Positions 60,058 through 64,000 of a stretch of 64,000 nt of DNA are shown piece after piece. Origin of the DNA: an uncultured Spirochaetota bacterium. Its GTDB lineage: Bacteria; Spirochaetota; Spirochaetia; SZUA-6; Fen-1364. Every line of letters begins with the position of its first letter. The stretch's first letter is position 1. A program made the translations under genes and the position numbers. The notes under the pieces are model-generated. The model did not search any database, was not told where the DNA came from, and saw only the letters and a program-made list of their open reading frames with translations. The stretch is taken from the NCBI GenBank assembly GCA_963734545.1, contig CAVTHO010000007.1, positions 256,001-320,000 of the forward strand. Direction: 5' to 3'.

Positions 60058-60878
60058 AGGACCGCTCGCGCGCAGACGCGCTGCTGCTGGAACGCTTCTC
60101 ACGTCACGCAGGCCGCGGAATCAACAGGTTCGAGATGATCGGGCCCGGTGATCGCGTCCTCATCGGCGTGTCGGGAGGCAAGGATTCGCTGGCCCTGAGC
60201 CTTGCCCTGCAGGAACGCCGGAAGTGGGTGCCGGTCACCTACGAGCTGTTCGCGGTCCAGGTCGAATGGCGCGAGTATCCCATGACGGACGAAGAAAAGG
60301 CGGCAATCGACGGATTTTTCGACGGCGTCGGAATCCCGTTCCGCCGGATACAGGCACAGATTGCGCCTCCCACGTTCGGAAAGAAATTCAGCTGCTACAC
60401 CTGCGCGCGCAATCGGAAGCGAATACTCTTCGACGAGGCGACGCGACTCGGGGCGCGAAAAATCGCGCTGGGCCACCACATGGACGATATCGCCCGTACG
60501 ACCCTCATGAACATGTTCTTCCACGGTGAGCTGTCGACCATGATGCCGGTGCAGCATTTTTTCGGAGGAACGCTGTCGATCATCCGGCCCTTGTGCGAGA
60601 TCCGGGAGGCTGAGGTGTCCCGGCTGGCGGCCCGGTTGGGGCTTCCCTCAGCCCCCAACAGGTGTCCACGCGCGGATAAGAATCGACGCCTGCTGATGAA
60701 GGAGATCCTGCGGCAGGCTTCCCACGTGGACAGACACGCGGTCTCCAACGTGTACGGGTCGGCGTGGAGGGTCAATTCCGAGTACCTTCCCTCGCCAGAC
60801 CGCGCCGATGAGGGTGGGCCCGTCGGCGAAGAGGAAGAGGAGGATCCGGACCCGCGCTTGCCGGAGGCCTGGTTGTAA
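60054..60878 (+). CDS. TtcA family PP-loop tRNA thiolation protein
   Basis: VSGGKDS, CYTCAR, KIALGHHMDD, IRPL; ATGA overlap with the HD gene. Confidence 0.88.
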   Translation: MKDRSRADALLLERFSRHAGRGINRFEMIGPGDRVLIGVSGGKDSLALSLALQERRKWVPVTYELFAVQVEWREYPMTDEEKAAIDGFFDGVGIPFRRIQAQIAPPTFGKKFSCYTCARNRKRILFDEATRLGARKIALGHHMDDIARTTLMNMFFHGELSTMMPVQHFFGGTLSIIRPLCEIREAEVSRLAARLGLPSAPNRCPRADKNRRLLMKEILRQASHVDRHAVSNVYGSAWRVNSEYLPSPDRADEGGPVGEEEEEDPDPRLPEAWL

Positions 60879-60903
60879 CGTACATTAACGGCAACGGCTC
60901 GCC

Positions 60904-61653
60904 ATGCTCTGTGCCATCGTCAGCGACATTCATTCCAACCATGAGGCCCTTGCCGCGGTTCTCGGGACGATCGAAAAGCTTCCGGTGGATGTCCTGTACT
61001 GCCTGGGCGATCTGGTGGGATACAACGCGGACCCCGACGCGTGCGTCGAGGCAATCCTCCCGCGGGCAAAAGCCGTTGTGCGCGGAAATCACGACAAGGC
61101 AGTGGCCGGGTTGCTCAATCTGGACTGGTTCAACCATACAGCGAGGGAGGCTGTTCTCTGGACCCGCCGGAGCGCGAGCGCGAAGACGCTGGAGGAAGTG
61201 AAAAGGCTTCCGCCCGGGCCGCTCGAGGTGGAGGATGGAATCCTCCTCTGCCACGGCACGCCCTATGACGAGGACGCTTACCTTATGGACATCGGCACCA
61301 TCGAGGAGAGCTACCGTTTTCTGGAGGAAAGCCACCCGGAGACCAGGTTCTGCCTGCACGGTCACACCCACTATCCCCAGGTGGTCGTGCGGCGCGGGGA
61401 GCGAACGAAGCCCGAAGTCCTCCGCCGGCTGGAAGAAACAAGGCTGGAAAAGGGGGCAACCTACCTGATCAATCCCGGTTCAGTGGGACAGCCGAGGGAT
61501 GGTATAGCACAGGCATCTTTTGGTATATTAGATACCAACAGGCTGGTTTACAGGAACCTTCGGGTTGCGTACGGCGTGCAGGAAACGCAGAGGAAAGTCC
61601 TTCAGGCAGGGCTTCCTCCCGAGCTCGCGCGGCGCCTCGCGGAGGGCAGGTAA
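60904..61653 (+). CDS. Metallophosphoesterase family protein
   Basis: SDIHSN, LGDLVGY, GNHD, HG, GHTH, NPGSVGQPRD. Confidence 0.93.
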   Translation: MLCAIVSDIHSNHEALAAVLGTIEKLPVDVLYCLGDLVGYNADPDACVEAILPRAKAVVRGNHDKAVAGLLNLDWFNHTAREAVLWTRRSASAKTLEEVKRLPPGPLEVEDGILLCHGTPYDEDAYLMDIGTIEESYRFLEESHPETRFCLHGHTHYPQVVVRRGERTKPEVLRRLEETRLEKGATYLINPGSVGQPRDGIAQASFGILDTNRLVYRNLRVAYGVQETQRKVLQAGLPPELARRLAEGR

Positions 61654-61692
61654 GATGGCGGCGTGCCGGCCCGCTCCAGCAGAGGAGAGTGA

Positions 61693-62130
61693 ATGAAATC
61701 GCAGCTCATGGAGGAAAGGATACGCCGCGTGACGGTGCTCTTTTCCGAGCTCAGCTTCCGCGTGACAGAGGACGAACGCTCGCACAATGCATACTCTGCC
61801 ACATTTGAGGACGACGACGCATTCCAGGCCGGCGTTCTCATCGAGAGGGGAAGCAGATTTCTTGAGCTGGCCTACGCCCTGACATTTCCCCCTTCCTACT
61901 CGCAGCTCATGAAGGGGAAGTTGGAGGAAATGCTGAAGACCTGCTACGAGTTCGGCTGCTACGTGAGCCTCCAGCAGACTACTACGGAGATCAGCTTCTC
62001 GGTATTTACGAAGATCTACTACTCGGGATTGAACTACTACTCTCTGCGCGACAGCCTTCGGGATTTCCGCGAGTGCGTTGCAGCTCTCATGGATCTCCTG
62101 GAGATGGGCAAGGACGGGCTGGAGGCGTAG
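61693..62130 (+). CDS. Hypothetical protein (possible YbjN/CesT-like fold)
   Basis: 145-aa ORF with GAGGAG SD; alpha-beta-alpha-beta-alpha pattern. Confidence 0.7.
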   Translation: MKSQLMEERIRRVTVLFSELSFRVTEDERSHNAYSATFEDDDAFQAGVLIERGSRFLELAYALTFPPSYSQLMKGKLEEMLKTCYEFGCYVSLQQTTTEISFSVFTKIYYSGLNYYSLRDSLRDFRECVAALMDLLEMGKDGLEA

Positions 62131-62257
62131 GCAAGGGCTCCCGGCGCGCAAGCGCGCCTGCCGCCCTATGGATGCCGAGGGCGAGCGAGTCCAGGGATGG
62201 ACGAAAGCGAGCCCGTACGCCGTCCATGGATGGACGGGAGCGAGCCCACAGGCAAGG
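62128..62257 (+). repeat. Modular palindromic intergenic repeat (REP-like), copy B
   Basis: Contains modules shared with 14099-14200, 28599-28649, 29698 and 58705. Confidence 0.9.
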
Positions 62258-62276
62258 ACTAAGGCTGGGTCCGCTT

Positions 62277-62564
62277 CTAGAACGTTTCCGAGAAAATCTC
62301 CGCCTCTTGCAGTACGCCTTCGCAGTTGTTTTCGACGAATGCGAGGACCTTGTGCATCAGCGATTCGCCGAAGGTCTTTGAGTTGGTGACGAGAGCCGCC
62401 CCGATCTGCGCGTAGCGCATCGAATCCTGCATGTCCACCTCGGCCACGGAGAGGGGAAACTTGTTCGAGAGTTTCTCCTTCAATGAAGACACGATCCTCC
62501 GCTTGTCCTTGATGGATTGGAGGGGGGGAAGCTCGATACGGAACTGGATCATGCAGACGATCAT
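62277..62564 (-). CDS. DUF503 (YlxP) family protein
   Basis: SIKDKRRIVSSLKEKL.NKF.LSVAEV..QD. Confidence 0.92.
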   Translation of the reverse strand: MIVCMIQFRIELPPLQSIKDKRRIVSSLKEKLSNKFPLSVAEVDMQDSMRYAQIGAALVTNSKTFGESLMHKVLAFVENNCEGVLQEAEIFSETF

Positions 62565-62875
62565 CCGTCCTCTATCCCCTGCCGGCAAGGCCTTTTGATT
62601 TCATTCATGCTCGACCCTGAACCCCCCAGAAGAATACAATGCCTTCCTGAGCCGCGGCGCCGATAGTCATAGAGAGATGGGCGGCAAGGCGGACCCCGGG
62701 CGTGCACCGCGGGAGATCTCCGCGCCCGGCAAGGGGCAGGGCGAGGCGCTGCGCCCGTAATACCCCGGCATATACGTGCTTCCTTCGCTCTCCAGCCCGC
62801 GAGATATACTTGTAGAAGGAGATTCGGTGCGTGCTGCCATTTTTCTTATTTTCGGCCCGGGAAATCATTTACATA

Positions 62876-64000
62876 ATGGCGGTTCCAGTGAATAATGGCC
62901 GCGACGTGGCGCGAAACCATGCCAATCTCCTCCTGCTCTCCTGCTGCCTGGCTTCGCTCTTCTGCGGAAGCCGGCTCTTTGCCGCTGACATATTTGTCCC
63001 GCCCAAGGAAGCTCCCACGACCATCTTTTCCACAAAGCTGGGTTCCGCCGATGTCGACCTCAGCCTCCTTGGATCCTGGACTGCCGGTGTCTCATTCGGC
63101 GCAGGCCTTCTTTTTGTGCCCGGGCTTCCCGCACAGGCCCTCGATTCATTCCCTGCGCTGGACCAGGGATTCATCTTCAACCAGACACCTGACATCACGA
63201 TCTCCCTCTGGCTGCTGAAAAGATTCTATCTGAACGTTACCGTGCTGGGAAACTTCGCGAACAACACTATCCAGCTCGGGTACAAGGGCGCTCCGGGCGA
63301 GACGATTCAATCCGTTGTTGTGGGGAACCAGGGCATCGCAATTCCCTCCAGTCAGCTCGTGCAGATACCCAGCCAGCCGTTCGGTTCGCTCGGGGCAATG
63401 GGCCAGTTCATCTCCGGCAACGCGACGAACGACCTGATGCTGCGTTGGGACCCTGCCCAGCGAAAAACCAAGACCTTTGTGGGAAAAAACGAGCTTGTTG
63501 AGAAAGAGATAGGCATCGATACCTATGTGCGAGGCAGATACTTCTTTCTGCCCGACACCGGGCTCGACGCCGGGAGCCTTCAGGTCTTCCTGGAGGACCC
63601 GGAGGGAACATTCACAAGCACGACGCCGCCTGATGGCCGGAAATACCGGCGGGCCACACTTGACGACGTGGTGCTGGATTCCACGAATGGGCTGGTATCA
63701 CTGAGAAATGCCTTCAAAGGCAGGGTCCTGGTGTATTACACGAAGGGCTCGCCAGTGGGAACAACCGGGGTCGGCACGCTGCCGAAGGAAGTGCTCTACG
63801 TGCCCCCGGCTCTGGGACCTTCTCGGGATCCGACCCAGTCGCAGGCGTTCAACTGGGCAATCACCTACTTTGGCCAGGCAATGACCGAGAGGCAGGTCAC
63901 GCTCCTTGCGGTGAGCGCTTCACCTTGTTTGCTTCTCTGGGAGCCCGGCGACAATTCACCGTTTGAAATCGACAACTCCTACGCGTTCGCCTCCGCGCCG
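62876..64000 (+). CDS. Large secreted/outer-membrane protein with SprA-like N-terminus (3' partial)
   Basis: Signal peptide ..SRLFA; NTIQLGYKG..GETIQSVVVGN and YVRGRYFFL; runs off the window end, so it is absent from the ORF track. Confidence 0.75.
   Translation, partial: MAVPVNNGRDVARNHANLLLLSCCLASLFCGSRLFAADIFVPPKEAPTTIFSTKLGSADVDLSLLGSWTAGVSFGAGLLFVPGLPAQALDSFPALDQGFIFNQTPDITISLWLLKRFYLNVTVLGNFANNTIQLGYKGAPGETIQSVVVGNQGIAIPSSQLVQIPSQPFGSLGAMGQFISGNATNDLMLRWDPAQRKTKTFVGKNELVEKEIGIDTYVRGRYFFLPDTGLDAGSLQVFLEDPEGTFTSTTPPDGRKYRRATLDDVVLDSTNGLVSLRNAFKGRVLVYYTKGSPVGTTGVGTLPKEVLYVPPALGPSRDPTQSQAFNWAITYFGQAMTERQVTLLAVSASPCLLLWEPGDNSPFEIDNSYAFASAP

Noticed and set aside
482-60557. Many long antisense or alternate-frame ORFs (e.g. 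14748-16325, 44504-46171, 50293-52056)
   Set aside because: Shadow ORFs expected in GC-rich coding DNA; they overlap well-supported genes and lack motifs
58716-60878. 720-aa HD-TtcA fusion in the ORF track
   Set aside because: A frameshift near 59887 explains it: the alternative frame gives a natural HD C-terminus (..LLEALAKLDLARRFAP*) ending in an ATGA overlap with the TtcA start

Overview
GC-rich chromosomal segment, almost certainly from a spirochaete (class Spirochaetia). This is inferred from gene order: rpsB-tsf-frr-uppS-cdsA-rseP without pyrH; spoVG-rplY-pth-tilS-ftsH; rplU-prp-rpmA-obg-nadD-yqeK-LCP-rsfS; plus cheX and CpXC/WD40 genes. Bases 1-35,200 are mostly core translation, replication and envelope genes with three tRNAs (Gln-TTG, Asp-GTC, Pro-CGG). 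Bases 35,300-64,000 are more accessory: a DUF6600/FecR repeat protein, a CGNR/ABATE regulator with two operator-like boxes, YfiT, a GlpA-like oxidoreductase, an M15 peptidase, glgP, a MinD-like ATPase, a five-gene partner-switching operon, a phnCDE-like ABC transporter, a MASE3 kinase, a PilZ protein, HD/TtcA/phosphoesterase genes and the start of a very large secreted protein. Many genes, including essential tsf, are broken by 1-nt frameshifts that look like sequencing errors. No CRISPR array, transposase, integrase, phage gene or rRNA was seen. The most notable signals are: (1) a partner-switching operon with an output-less Cache-HAMP sensor and no sigma factor; (2) a modular dispersed palindromic repeat family with compensatory base changes; (3) a SprA (type IX translocon)-like N-terminus; (4) paired TAACC-N18-GGTT boxes at the CGNR regulator; (5) repeated leaderless promoter architecture; (6) a GAF-split PilZ protein. 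All family assignments come from motif recognition by eye; no database searches were run.
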